Source of the DNA: Elusimicrobiota bacterium
GTDB lineage: Bacteria; CG03
DNA length: 33,040 bases
Reading direction: 5' to 3'
Assembly (NCBI GenBank): GCA_021161565.1
Contig: JAGHAK010000020.1
Location: 1 to 33,040, forward strand
Shown here: piece by piece, positions 1-8,946 of the stretch
Layout: each line of letters opens with the position of its first letter
Position numbering within the stretch: position 1 is the first letter of the stretch
The notes under the pieces: generated by a model
What the model was told of the DNA's origin: nothing
Databases searched by the model: none
Seen by the model: only the letters and a program-made list of their open reading frames with translations
Made by a program: the position numbers and the translations under genes

Positions 1-170
1 ATTTGAAGAAGTAAAAGAGATGGTTGATATAAGGGCTGAGATAATTTTGCATTTTAATCTGTCATTTTTATTTTTTCATTTTGATTTTTGATTTATACGC
101 AATAATTTAATGCGTTACATATAGTATGAATAAAGCAGGCTAAAATTGCTTTCATACTGAAATTTTCCGC

Positions 171-199
171 TTGTTTTTGAGCGGATTAATAACTATAAT
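171..199 (+). promoter_or_regulatory. Putative sigma70 promoter for the cyclase-family gene
   Basis: TTGTTT (171-176), 17-bp spacer, perfect TATAAT (194-199); AGGAGG Shine-Dalgarno just before ATG 231. Confidence 0.6.
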
Positions 200-230
200 T
201 TGGTGAAATTGCTTATCAGGAGGTATTAAA

Positions 231-995
231 ATGAAATTAGTTGACCTTTCCCAGCCTATCAGTCATTTGACTCCGCCCTGGCCGACTTACGAGCCGCTTC
301 AGATTAAATTTTTCAAACGGCTCGCGCCCAACGGGGCGAATGGACAGTTGTTGACTCATTCCAATCACGTGGGTACCCATCTCGACGGGCCGCTTCATTT
401 CTGCACTCATGGAAAAGACATTGCGTCTCTTCCGTTAAACGGTTATCTTTACGGGCCCGGAGTCGTGGTAGACCTTTCGGATATTGCCGAGGACTACGGA
501 ATTTACACATCGAAAGATATAGAGGAAAGGGTCGAGGTAAAAGAAGGCGACATTCTGATTATAAACACGGGCTACCATAAATATGCGTGGGACCAGAAAG
601 ATGCCGATGAAGTCAGATATATGGTAAGGCATCCGGGCCCAACGATGGAATTTGCCGATTGGTGCATAAAGAAAAAAATCAAATGGCTCGGAGTGGACTG
701 CGGTTCCGCGGATCATCCTATGAACACGAAGATAAGGGACTGGATGCCGGGCGAGGCGAAAAAGAGCGACGAGTTCCTCAAAAAAAAGTACGGCAAGGGT
801 CTCGACGATTTCTTTCCCCCCGACCATTATCAATTGATGCACATAAAACTTTTTCCTCTGGATATAATCCACGCGGAAAATCTCGGTGGCGAGATTGACA
901 CGATTCTCAACAAACGAACCACTATAGGTTGTTTCCCGTGGAAATTTGTCGGCGGGGAGTCCTGCATCTGCAGAATTGTGGCTTTTGAGGAATAG
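231..995 (+). CDS. Cyclase-family metal-dependent amidohydrolase (kynurenine formamidase/isatin hydrolase fold)
   Basis: HVGTHLDGPLH matches HxGTHxDxPxH; N-terminal VDLS, GDILIINTG, GVDCGSAD, C-terminal ENL; strong RBS. Confidence 0.9.
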   Translation: MKLVDLSQPISHLTPPWPTYEPLQIKFFKRLAPNGANGQLLTHSNHVGTHLDGPLHFCTHGKDIASLPLNGYLYGPGVVVDLSDIAEDYGIYTSKDIEERVEVKEGDILIINTGYHKYAWDQKDADEVRYMVRHPGPTMEFADWCIKKKIKWLGVDCGSADHPMNTKIRDWMPGEAKKSDEFLKKKYGKGLDDFFPPDHYQLMHIKLFPLDIIHAENLGGEIDTILNKRTTIGCFPWKFVGGESCICRIVAFEE

Positions 996-1023
996 AAAAT
1001 AGAATTAGAGGAGTCAGACAGAA

Positions 1024-1956
1024 ATGAAAAGAGATTTGATTGAAGTTACAGATTTGTCGAAACGTCAGATTTTAGACCTTCTTTCTCTGACATTTAAAAT
1101 AAAGAAAACCCCGCGGCGATTCTCGCAGTCGCTCAAAGGAAAGATTCTGGCTTTGATTTTTAAGAAACCTTCCACGAGAACCCGCGTTTCGTTTGAAGCT
1201 GGGATGATTCAACTCGGCGGTGCGGCAATTAATCTGAGTTCGAGCGGAATGCAGACATCCCGCGGCGAATCCGTGAAAGACACAGCAAAGACGCTGTCCG
1301 GCTATGTCGACGCGATAATGATAAGGACGACGAGCGACGAGGAAGTTTTCGAACTTGCGAGGGAAAGTTCCGTTCCCGTCATAAACGGTCTTTCGAAATC
1401 GTATCACCCCTGCCAGGCGCTGAGCGACATATTTACCGTGTGCGAGAAAAAGGGGCTGGACGAAAAATCTGTTTATGACTTCGATTGGAGTTCGGTAAAA
1501 ATTGTTTTTGTCGGGGATTCCAATAATGTAAGCAGGTCTCTTGTGAATCTTTCGACGATTTTAAAATTCGAATTTGGTCTGATGTGTCCCGAAAGATTTC
1601 TTTTCGACAGGAGTTTTCTTGCGGAAGCGAAAAAGAAGAACCCGAATTTTCATTTTACATCCAGGATTGACAGAAAATACTTTTCGGACGCCGAATTTAT
1701 TTACACGGATGTGTGGGCAAGCATGGGAGACGAGAAGGAAAGCGCCGCAAGGAGAAGAATTTTTTCGAAATATCAGGTGAATTCCCGCCTTGTGAATATG
1801 GCGGCGAAAAATGTTTCTGTGATGCATTGTCTGCCTGCGATGAGAGGGCAGGAAATAACCGATGAGGTTATGGATTCTGCGAAGTCAATTGTGTTTCAGC
1901 AGGCGGAAAACAGAATGCATTTCCAGAAGGCGCTTCTTTACCGGCTTCTCAAATGA
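1024..1956 (+). CDS. argF: Ornithine carbamoyltransferase
   Basis: STRTR, HPCQ, DVWASMG (ornithine-binding SMG loop), HCLP and QAENR motifs are all canonical. Confidence 0.9.
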   Translation: MKRDLIEVTDLSKRQILDLLSLTFKIKKTPRRFSQSLKGKILALIFKKPSTRTRVSFEAGMIQLGGAAINLSSSGMQTSRGESVKDTAKTLSGYVDAIMIRTTSDEEVFELARESSVPVINGLSKSYHPCQALSDIFTVCEKKGLDEKSVYDFDWSSVKIVFVGDSNNVSRSLVNLSTILKFEFGLMCPERFLFDRSFLAEAKKKNPNFHFTSRIDRKYFSDAEFIYTDVWASMGDEKESAARRRIFSKYQVNSRLVNMAAKNVSVMHCLPAMRGQEITDEVMDSAKSIVFQQAENRMHFQKALLYRLLK

Positions 1957-3161
1957 AAAAAAAGTCGTCTCTCGCCCTGAATATTCAAGCGAAATTAAAG
2001 CGGATAAAAACCGCGAAGGTTCTTGTGGGGATTCCGTCCTACAACAACGAAAAAACGATTTTGAAGGTTCTAAAAACCGTCGAAACAGGTCTTGACAGAT
2101 TTTTCCCGGATGTTTCCTGCACGATAATGGTTTCCGACGGCAATTCCGTCGATAAAACCCTCGACATAGCGTTTGACGATTTCAAGCCGAAACGCGTGAA
2201 GAAAATATGCACCACCTACCGCGGAATTTCGGGGAAAGGAATGGCTATCAGGGCTGTTATGGAAGCGGGGCGTATGCTTAATTCGGAAGTTCTTATGCTT
2301 TTCGATGCTGATTTAAGAAGCATAAAGCCGTGGTGGATAAGGGATGTCGGTCTGCCTCTTCTTAAAAGGAAGTTTGATTTCATTGCGCCTTTTTATGTCC
2401 GCCATCCAAGGGACGGGACCATAACGAATCTGATTACATATCCCTTGACTCGCGCTCTTTACGGGGTGAGGCTGCGCCAGCCTATCGGGGGCGATTTCGG
2501 AATGCGGGCTTCTCTCGTCAGATATTTTCTCGACTGGGCTTACTGGGACGCGGATGTTTCAAAGTTCGGCATAGATATATGGATGACGACGATTGCCGTG
2601 GCGGAATCGTTCAAAATTTCGCAGTGCTTTCTCGGCGTAAAGGAACACGACAGCCGTCAGCCGAGTCAGTTGGGTCCGATGTTCAGGGCGGTTTTGAGCA
2701 CCTCATTCAAACTGATGGAAAGATATGTCCATAAATGGGAACGGTCTTCCGGAAGCGAGGATGTCGGTTTTGCAAATTCGCCTTTCGAGATTTCTCCGCC
2801 GAAGATGACGATTCAGTCGGATGATTATTTCGCGAAATTCGCTTCGTCCGCGCGAAATATGATGAAATTGTGGAAGAACATTTTGGCAGGCGACACTTAC
2901 AGGAAAATCGTCTCCGCTGCCGAAAGAAAAGAATTCGATGGGAAACTCTGGGCGAGGGTTGTCTATGATTTTGCCTGCGTTTTTCACGAATGGGAGAGGG
3001 ACAGATTCAAACTGATAGGTCTTATAACCCCATTTTATTATGCTCGCCTCGGTTCTTTTTTCGAAGAGTGCGAAAAGGAAGACCCTGACAGTGTTGTAGA
3101 GCGCCAGGCGGAAGATTTCGAGGAGGAGAAAAAATATCTCCTAAAAAACTGGAGATACTGA
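1953..3161 (+). CDS. GT-A glycosyltransferase, glucosylglycerate/mannosylglycerate synthase-like
   Basis: GIPSYNN, DGNS, GKG, DAD, DGTITN..YP, RQPIGGDFG, FGIDIWMTT motifs; ATGA overlap with argF. Confidence 0.75.
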   Translation: MKKKSSLALNIQAKLKRIKTAKVLVGIPSYNNEKTILKVLKTVETGLDRFFPDVSCTIMVSDGNSVDKTLDIAFDDFKPKRVKKICTTYRGISGKGMAIRAVMEAGRMLNSEVLMLFDADLRSIKPWWIRDVGLPLLKRKFDFIAPFYVRHPRDGTITNLITYPLTRALYGVRLRQPIGGDFGMRASLVRYFLDWAYWDADVSKFGIDIWMTTIAVAESFKISQCFLGVKEHDSRQPSQLGPMFRAVLSTSFKLMERYVHKWERSSGSEDVGFANSPFEISPPKMTIQSDDYFAKFASSARNMMKLWKNILAGDTYRKIVSAAERKEFDGKLWARVVYDFACVFHEWERDRFKLIGLITPFYYARLGSFFEECEKEDPDSVVERQAEDFEEEKKYLLKNWRY

Positions 3162-4735
3162 TGGAAGAACAGAAGGAACTACTTTTCAAAGAGACAATCG
3201 CGCAGTTGCATCTTCGAAACAGAGTCATTTCGCAGATTCTCCAGATGATGGATATTACTCTCGCGAAAGACACCTTCCTCGAGAAAGTCGTTAAAATTCT
3301 CGAAGAGGCGATACACTGCCGGGTCCAGATTCTCATTGTGGAAAAAAGCACCGGCGAAATGCTTTTTTATCCCGCCACATCCGAAGACGATCTCACTGAT
3401 GAAGATATGGAAAAGCGCGAATTTATCGCGAATGTTTATCACGAAATAGAAGCCAGTCCTGTGGCTGTGGAAAGGAACGGATTTATGTCGTTTCCGATAG
3501 GAGAAAAAAACGACCTGACGGGAATGATAGCGGCGTTCAGTTACGGTGAATCGGCGATTTTTCTTCCGCACGAGGTGAAACTTTTCAACGAAGTAGCCAT
3601 CCTCATCAAGAAAATTCTCGAGAGCGCCGTTGTTATAGACGATATGAATGCTTCTCTGGTGAAAATGAAAAATCTTTTCGAACTGATAAAAGATCTGTCG
3701 AAGATAACTGATTTTGAAGTTCTTCTGTCGAGCGTGGTGAAAGAAACGACAAAAATTCTCGAATGCGAGGGGGCGTCAGTTCTTTTGCTGGACGAGAAAG
3801 AGGAAAATCTCCGCTTTGCCGCGGTTACGGGCGAGGCTTCGGAAAAACTAAAAGGTTATGTTTTTCCAAAGTCCGAGGGCATCGCCGGCTGGGTGCTTTC
3901 CCAGAAAAGAGAGGTCATCGTAAACGAAGTCGACAGGTCTGACCATTTCTCGTCGCGGACGGACGAGGTGGGGGGATACACCACGAGAAATCTTATGGCT
4001 GTTTCTCTCGGATGCGATCACAAGTCCATCGGCGTTATGGAGGCTGTCAACAAAATAAACGGAAAAGATTTTTCGTCTCAGGATTTGCTTTATTTCAGCA
4101 TTCTCTCATCCGAAGTCGCTCACATAATAGAAAGGTCGCGGCTTTACAACGAATTGAACGACGCTTTTCTCAGCACAATCACCGCTCTGACTGACGCTGT
4201 GGAATTCGGCGCGCCGCTTACGGTGCAGCATTCGAAAAATATGAGCAAAAACGCTTTTGATATTGCCCGCGCTATGGGAATCGACGAAAAACACGCCGAA
4301 GACATTTCGGTGGCGGCTTTGCTTCACGATGTCGGCAAAATCGGTGTTCCCGATTCGATTCTGCAGAAGCAGGGACCTCTCGACGATAATGAATGGAAAA
4401 TCGTGAAAAAACATCCCGAAATCGGCGCGAAGATTCTCCAGCCGATTAAAAAATTCGCGCAGGTGATTCCCGTCATAAAAAGTCATCACGAACGGTGGGA
4501 CGGCACAGGATATCCCGACGGGCTTTCGGGGGAGCAAATTCCGATAGGTGCCCGGATTGTCGCGGTTTGCGACGCCTTCGACGCGATGATTTCGGAGCGC
4601 AACTACGGAAGGCGATATTCCGTTCAGGACGCCATCGAGGAGATAATCGCCAATTCGGGAAAGCAGTTCGACCCGAAAGTTGTGGAAGTTTCGATTCCGA
4701 TTTTGAAAAAAGCGAGACAGAGAGAGGAAGAGTGA
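3161..4735 (+). CDS. GAF-domain HD-GYP cyclic-dinucleotide phosphodiesterase
   Basis: GAF signature (GIAGWV...GVMEAVNK..FS..D); HDVGKIG and HHERWDGTGYPDGL motifs intact. Confidence 0.9.
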   Translation: MEEQKELLFKETIAQLHLRNRVISQILQMMDITLAKDTFLEKVVKILEEAIHCRVQILIVEKSTGEMLFYPATSEDDLTDEDMEKREFIANVYHEIEASPVAVERNGFMSFPIGEKNDLTGMIAAFSYGESAIFLPHEVKLFNEVAILIKKILESAVVIDDMNASLVKMKNLFELIKDLSKITDFEVLLSSVVKETTKILECEGASVLLLDEKEENLRFAAVTGEASEKLKGYVFPKSEGIAGWVLSQKREVIVNEVDRSDHFSSRTDEVGGYTTRNLMAVSLGCDHKSIGVMEAVNKINGKDFSSQDLLYFSILSSEVAHIIERSRLYNELNDAFLSTITALTDAVEFGAPLTVQHSKNMSKNAFDIARAMGIDEKHAEDISVAALLHDVGKIGVPDSILQKQGPLDDNEWKIVKKHPEIGAKILQPIKKFAQVIPVIKSHHERWDGTGYPDGLSGEQIPIGARIVAVCDAFDAMISERNYGRRYSVQDAIEEIIANSGKQFDPKVVEVSIPILKKARQREEE

Positions 4736-6000
4736 GCATATTCGGCGGTCGCTTCCGCGGCGGCGTTCATCCGCCGGAGATGAAGGAAACGGCTTCTTCC
4801 GAAATTGTTCGGTTTGAAGCGCCCGAAAAACTTTATATTCATCTTTTTCAGGGATTCGGAAGTCCTTCCAATCCTATTGTGAAAAAAGGAGACAGGGTTT
4901 TGAAAGGTTCTGTCATCGCAGAACCGTCTTCGAAATTTTCCGCTTTTTTACACAGTCCGGTCTCGGGAATTGTTGAGGGTATCGTCAAATGGCCTCATTC
5001 GTCGGGCAAAATGCTCGATGCCGTGGCGATTTCCAATGATTTCGAAAACAAATCCGAAATTCGCGGCGAGGCGAGAATTCACGACCAGCTGACTTCCCGC
5101 GCGATAACGGAAATCATAAGAAATTCAGGCATTGTAGGTCTTGGCGGCGCGGCGTTTCCGACAGACATAAAACTTTCGCCGCCGGTTGGCAAAAAAATAG
5201 ATTTTCTGATCGTAAACGGCTGTGAATGCGAGCCGTATCTCACCTCCGACGACCGCCTTATGATAGAGCGGACGGACGAAATAGCAGAAGGAGCGAAAAT
5301 CGCCGCGAGGGTCCTTTCCGCGCCCAATATAGTGTTTGCGGTGGAGGACAACAAAAGAGAGGCGATTGCCGAACTAAAGAAAAAAGAAGATTCGAGAATA
5401 TCGGTTTCGATTCTGCCTACGAGGTATCCGCAGGGCGGCGAAAAGCAGTTGATTTTCGCGGTTTTGAAAAGAAAAGTTCCAGCCGGCGGCCTTCCCGCTG
5501 ATGTGGGGTGTGTTGTGATAAATGTTCAGACGGCTTTTTCCATTTACAGGTCTGTTGTTTACGGCGTTCCTCTTTACGAAAGGGTTGTCACCCTTGGTGG
5601 TTTTTTCAGAAAGCCAGGGAATATTCTCGCGCCCATAGGCACAACCGTGGGCGACATCATAAACGCGCGCGGCGGCATTCCCGACGATGTCGATAAAATC
5701 GTTCTCGGCGGCGTTATGATGGGGGTCTCCGTTTCGGATTTGAGGATTCCAGTGGCGAAAGGCACTTCCGGAATTTTGCTGCTGAAAACCGAAAAGAAAA
5801 AAGAATTCAACTGCATCAGGTGTCTCAGATGTTCGGATGTCTGCCCGATGAATCTCACCCCGAGGCTTGCCTATTATCTCTATAAAAAAGGGGATGTTTA
5901 CGATGGCGCGAAAAACTGCATCGAATGCGGAAGTTGCGCTTACATTTGTCCGGCGAGAATACCTCTTGTGCATTATCTGAAATGGGCAAAAGCGAAATAG
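4732..6000 (+). CDS. rnfC: Rnf electron transport complex subunit C
   Basis: GGVHP, GIVGLGGAAFPT, NGCECEPYLTSD, YPQGGEKQL, two CxxCxxCxxxCP motifs. Start moved from 4495 to in-frame GTG 4732, which overlaps the upstream TGA (GTGA). Confidence 0.9.
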   Translation: MSIFGGRFRGGVHPPEMKETASSEIVRFEAPEKLYIHLFQGFGSPSNPIVKKGDRVLKGSVIAEPSSKFSAFLHSPVSGIVEGIVKWPHSSGKMLDAVAISNDFENKSEIRGEARIHDQLTSRAITEIIRNSGIVGLGGAAFPTDIKLSPPVGKKIDFLIVNGCECEPYLTSDDRLMIERTDEIAEGAKIAARVLSAPNIVFAVEDNKREAIAELKKKEDSRISVSILPTRYPQGGEKQLIFAVLKRKVPAGGLPADVGCVVINVQTAFSIYRSVVYGVPLYERVVTLGGFFRKPGNILAPIGTTVGDIINARGGIPDDVDKIVLGGVMMGVSVSDLRIPVAKGTSGILLLKTEKKKEFNCIRCLRCSDVCPMNLTPRLAYYLYKKGDVYDGAKNCIECGSCAYICPARIPLVHYLKWAKAK

Positions 6001-6010
6001 TAGCGGGCGG

Positions 6011-6045
6011 ATGATAAATGGAAGATGGCAGATGAAAGGTGAAAA
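6011..6045 (+). repeat. Degenerate 7-nt-period array
   Basis: ATGATAA ATGGAAG ATGGCAG ATGAAAG GTGAAAA directly after the rnfC stop. Confidence 0.6.
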
Positions 6046-6115
6046 AAACAGCAGTGCCTCCTCACGGCTGTGACAGGAATTGCGGTCTATAAATAGCAAG
6101 GAAGAAATTAACTGA

Positions 6116-6448
6116 ATGGCTGGAAGAAAACCGAAAAAGTGCGCCATCTGCGGCAAGAAAATAAAAGGCGACGGTTTTGTTCTGAAAATTGTCTGCTATG
6201 TCGCTTTTGACGGTATCGAAATCAGGCCTGAGGATTTGAGCAAAGATATAAAAAAGCAGATAAGAGACGAGTTGAAAAAAATCAGGAAAATGTCAAAGAA
6301 GCGGCTGCAGGACGAAGTGGCAAAGTGGTGGGAGTTTTCCCTCTGTCAGACCTGCGCGGAGGAATACAGGAAAAACCCGCTGCGAGGAGCAAGAAGAGAA
6401 GGGACAATGTATGAAAAAGGTCGGAATGCAGATTTGTCGTCTGGCTGA
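6116..6448 (+). CDS. Small hypothetical protein, probable Zn-binding (two CxxC pairs)
   Basis: CAIC near the N-terminus and CQTC near the C-terminus, separated by a charged helical segment. Confidence 0.65.
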   Translation: MAGRKPKKCAICGKKIKGDGFVLKIVCYVAFDGIEIRPEDLSKDIKKQIRDELKKIRKMSKKRLQDEVAKWWEFSLCQTCAEEYRKNPLRGARREGTMYEKGRNADLSSG

Positions 6449-7265
6449 AAGGACGGTTTTGAGAACAGGCGGATTCTGCTTTCTTTACAGAGTCGAAAAT
6501 ATAAATCAACTGGCGTCGGTGGTCGCGCGTTTCGGAAAATTTTATTGTCTCGGCAACGGTTCCAATGTCGTCATAAGCGACAGCGGCGTGTCTTTGCCTG
6601 TGATACGTCTTGCCGGCGATTTTGGGAAAATCCGGTTTGAGGGCAATAACGTCATTGCCGGCGCCGGAGTTCCGCTTTCCTTTCTGATTGCTGAATGTGC
6701 GAAAAGGTCTCTCGATGGCATCCAGAACCTTTTCGGAATTCCCGCCACGGTTGGAGGCGCGGTTTACAAAAACGCCGCGGCATTTGGCGTTTCCTTCGGG
6801 GAAAAAGTAAAATGGGCGAATGTTTTCAGGGCCGGCCGCCTGCGAAAGATATCGGGTGGAGAGATAGGATTTGGTTACAGAAAATCCTCTTTTCTGAAGT
6901 CGGATGTCATAACGGAAGTCTGCCTCGAATTGAAAGAAGAAAGGCGGGAGTTTATAGAGGCTGAAATGAGGAAAATAAAGTTGGAAAGAATCAAAAAAGG
7001 TTTCATCGCGGCCCATGGCACGGGTTGCGTGTTCGAAAATCCGAAGGGTTATTTTGCAGGGAAACTGATAGAGGAAATCGGCTGCGGAAGTTTGCGGCGC
7101 GGCGGCGTGTCGGTATCGGAAAATCACGCGAATGTCTTCTCGACATCCCGCTCTTTTTTGGCGAAGGATGTTTTTCTGCTTTCCGAGGAGATAAAAAAAA
7201 GGGTTTTTGACGCGTGGGGCGTTTTCCTGAAAAATCTGATAGAATTTTGGGGAAACCTTATATGA
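6411..7265 (+). CDS. murB: UDP-N-acetylenolpyruvoylglucosamine reductase (divergent)
   Basis: LGNGSNVV, GIPATVGGAV.KNA, FGYRKS, GCVFENP, AGKLIE, HAN motifs; lies upstream of ddl-ftsQ-ftsA. Confidence 0.85.
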   Translation: MKKVGMQICRLAERTVLRTGGFCFLYRVENINQLASVVARFGKFYCLGNGSNVVISDSGVSLPVIRLAGDFGKIRFEGNNVIAGAGVPLSFLIAECAKRSLDGIQNLFGIPATVGGAVYKNAAAFGVSFGEKVKWANVFRAGRLRKISGGEIGFGYRKSSFLKSDVITEVCLELKEERREFIEAEMRKIKLERIKKGFIAAHGTGCVFENPKGYFAGKLIEEIGCGSLRRGGVSVSENHANVFSTSRSFLAKDVFLLSEEIKKRVFDAWGVFLKNLIEFWGNLI

Positions 7266-8164
7266 AAAAAATCAGAAAAGTTGCGGTTCTTGCGGGTGTG
7301 TGGGAGTCGGAAAGGGAAATATCTTTTAGAACCGCTTCGGCGGTTTGCGCCTCTCTCATCCGTCTTGGTTATGAAGCGAAAATAATAGATATCGGCAGGG
7401 GCAAAAAGGCGGAAAAAATTCAGGATTTTTCTCCCGATTTTTGTTTCATCGCCTGTCACGGGCGCCTCGGCGAGGATGGAACTCTTCAGGGATTTTTGAA
7501 GACGCTCGGAATACCGTTTGGCGGTTCGGGCATTCTCGCCTCGTCGGTGGGCATGGACAAGATAGTCTCGAAGGAAATTTTCGCCGTTCTGGGATTAAAG
7601 ACGCCGCCAGGAATTTTTCTGAAAAAAACCGGGAAAATTCCACGGCTGAGGAGATTTATTCCTTTTGTCGCGAAGCCCTCGAGAGAAGGTTCCACCGTCG
7701 GGATGAGCATTGTCAGGAGCGTTCGGGGCATATCCGCCGCGATTGAGAAGGCTTTCAGGTATGATGACAGGATAATCGTGGAGAAATACATAGAAGGGAG
7801 AGAATTTACAGTGGGTTATCTCGCCGGGGCTGTTCTCCCCCCTCTTGAAATTGTGCCGAAAAACGAGTGCTATGATTACGAGTCGAAGTATGTTCGGGGA
7901 ATGAGCGACCACATTGTCCCCGCGAAAATCGCCGCGAGAGAAACGAGGTTTCTCAAAAGTGCGACCCAAAAAATCTGCGAATTCTTGCGCGTCCGCGGCG
8001 CCGCGCGCGTGGACTTTCTGCGCTCGTCGGCAGGCGTTTATTATGTTCTTGAACTCAACACTATTCCCGGAATGACTCCGACAAGCCTTCTTCCCGAAGC
8101 CGCATCGGCGGTTGGAATCGATTTTGACGGCGTTGTGGAAAAGATAATTTCTGATTGCGAATGA
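7262..8164 (+). CDS. ddl: D-alanine--D-alanine ligase
   Basis: EREIS, HGRLGEDG, MDKI, KP..EGS, EKYIEGRE, YDYESKY, ELNTIPGMT. Start at ATG 7262 (ATGA overlap with murB). Confidence 0.92.
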   Translation: MKKIRKVAVLAGVWESEREISFRTASAVCASLIRLGYEAKIIDIGRGKKAEKIQDFSPDFCFIACHGRLGEDGTLQGFLKTLGIPFGGSGILASSVGMDKIVSKEIFAVLGLKTPPGIFLKKTGKIPRLRRFIPFVAKPSREGSTVGMSIVRSVRGISAAIEKAFRYDDRIIVEKYIEGREFTVGYLAGAVLPPLEIVPKNECYDYESKYVRGMSDHIVPAKIAARETRFLKSATQKICEFLRVRGAARVDFLRSSAGVYYVLELNTIPGMTPTSLLPEAASAVGIDFDGVVEKIISDCE

Positions 8165-8946
8165 GACGCAGAAGATTTAAAACCAGAAAAAATGGGATTC
8201 TGAAATTCGCGCTGTTTGCTCTTATTGTCTTTGCTGTTTTCACTCTTGGGCATTTTATTTACGGGTTTCTTCTTTCCTGGGACAAACTCAATGTCAGAAA
8301 AATAGAGGTCCGCGGGGCAAAAGTTTTAGGCCCAGATCGCGTGAAATCTTTCCTGAATCAGCGTGCGGGGAAAAACATCTTCACATACAAACTCGACGGA
8401 AAAAAAGTCGCGCGGGAAAAATGGATAAAAAAAGCGGAAATTGTGAGGGATTTTCCCGACAGAATTGTTGTAAAAATCAGAGAGCGAACGCCTCTGGCTG
8501 TTTTCGCGCGGCAGGGGAGGGAATTTGTTATTTCCGCCGATGGTTGGATCCTGGATAAAGCCTCTTTGGCGAAAAAAATTTACAAACTGCCCTTTTTTCC
8601 TGATTACGGCAAAATTTCCGCGGAAAAAAGGAAACAGGCGAGGGATTTTCTCAGGCATCTGCGCCGGGAAGAAGTCGATTTTTACAGGAGCGCGAAGAAG
8701 TTTTCGTATTCCGGAGATTCCCTCAAAATGATTCTGGACGGGTTCACGGTTTATTTCGGCAAAATTTCTCCGGATCTGGCAAATTCGAAAATTCAGGCGG
8801 TAAAAAAAATTATTGCGGATGCAGGGAAAAAGGGTGTCGGGATCGAGTATCTCGATTTGCGACCATTTACAAGAAAAACGCAAAGTGCTATTATTAAAAC
8901 TAAAAAATTACCGAAGGGAAGTTTGAAAAAGGAAAATGGCATCTGA
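8161..8946 (+). CDS. ftsQ: Cell division protein FtsQ/DivIB
   Basis: Basic N-tail, single TM helix, POTRA-like 'WIKKAEIVRDFPDRIVVKIRER', C-terminal YLDLR; between ddl and ftsA; ATGA overlap at 8161. Confidence 0.85.
   Translation: MRRRRFKTRKNGILKFALFALIVFAVFTLGHFIYGFLLSWDKLNVRKIEVRGAKVLGPDRVKSFLNQRAGKNIFTYKLDGKKVAREKWIKKAEIVRDFPDRIVVKIRERTPLAVFARQGREFVISADGWILDKASLAKKIYKLPFFPDYGKISAEKRKQARDFLRHLRREEVDFYRSAKKFSYSGDSLKMILDGFTVYFGKISPDLANSKIQAVKKIIADAGKKGVGIEYLDLRPFTRKTQSAIIKTKKLPKGSLKKENGI

Noticed and set aside
2-91. Possible 3' end of an upstream CDS (FEEVKEMVDIRAE...)
   Set aside because: Too short to support, and it runs into a low-complexity repeat tract
4495-4731. 79-codon N-terminal extension of RnfC in the ORF track
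   Set aside because: It overlaps the HD-GYP domain; RnfC similarity starts at GTG 4732
6046-6130. Hammerhead, twister or pistol ribozyme, or c-di-GMP riboswitch
   Set aside because: Core consensus nucleotides could not be matched by eye
7214-7261. Earlier start for ddl
   Set aside because: It lies inside murB; ATG 7262 gives the normal N-terminus and an ATGA overlap
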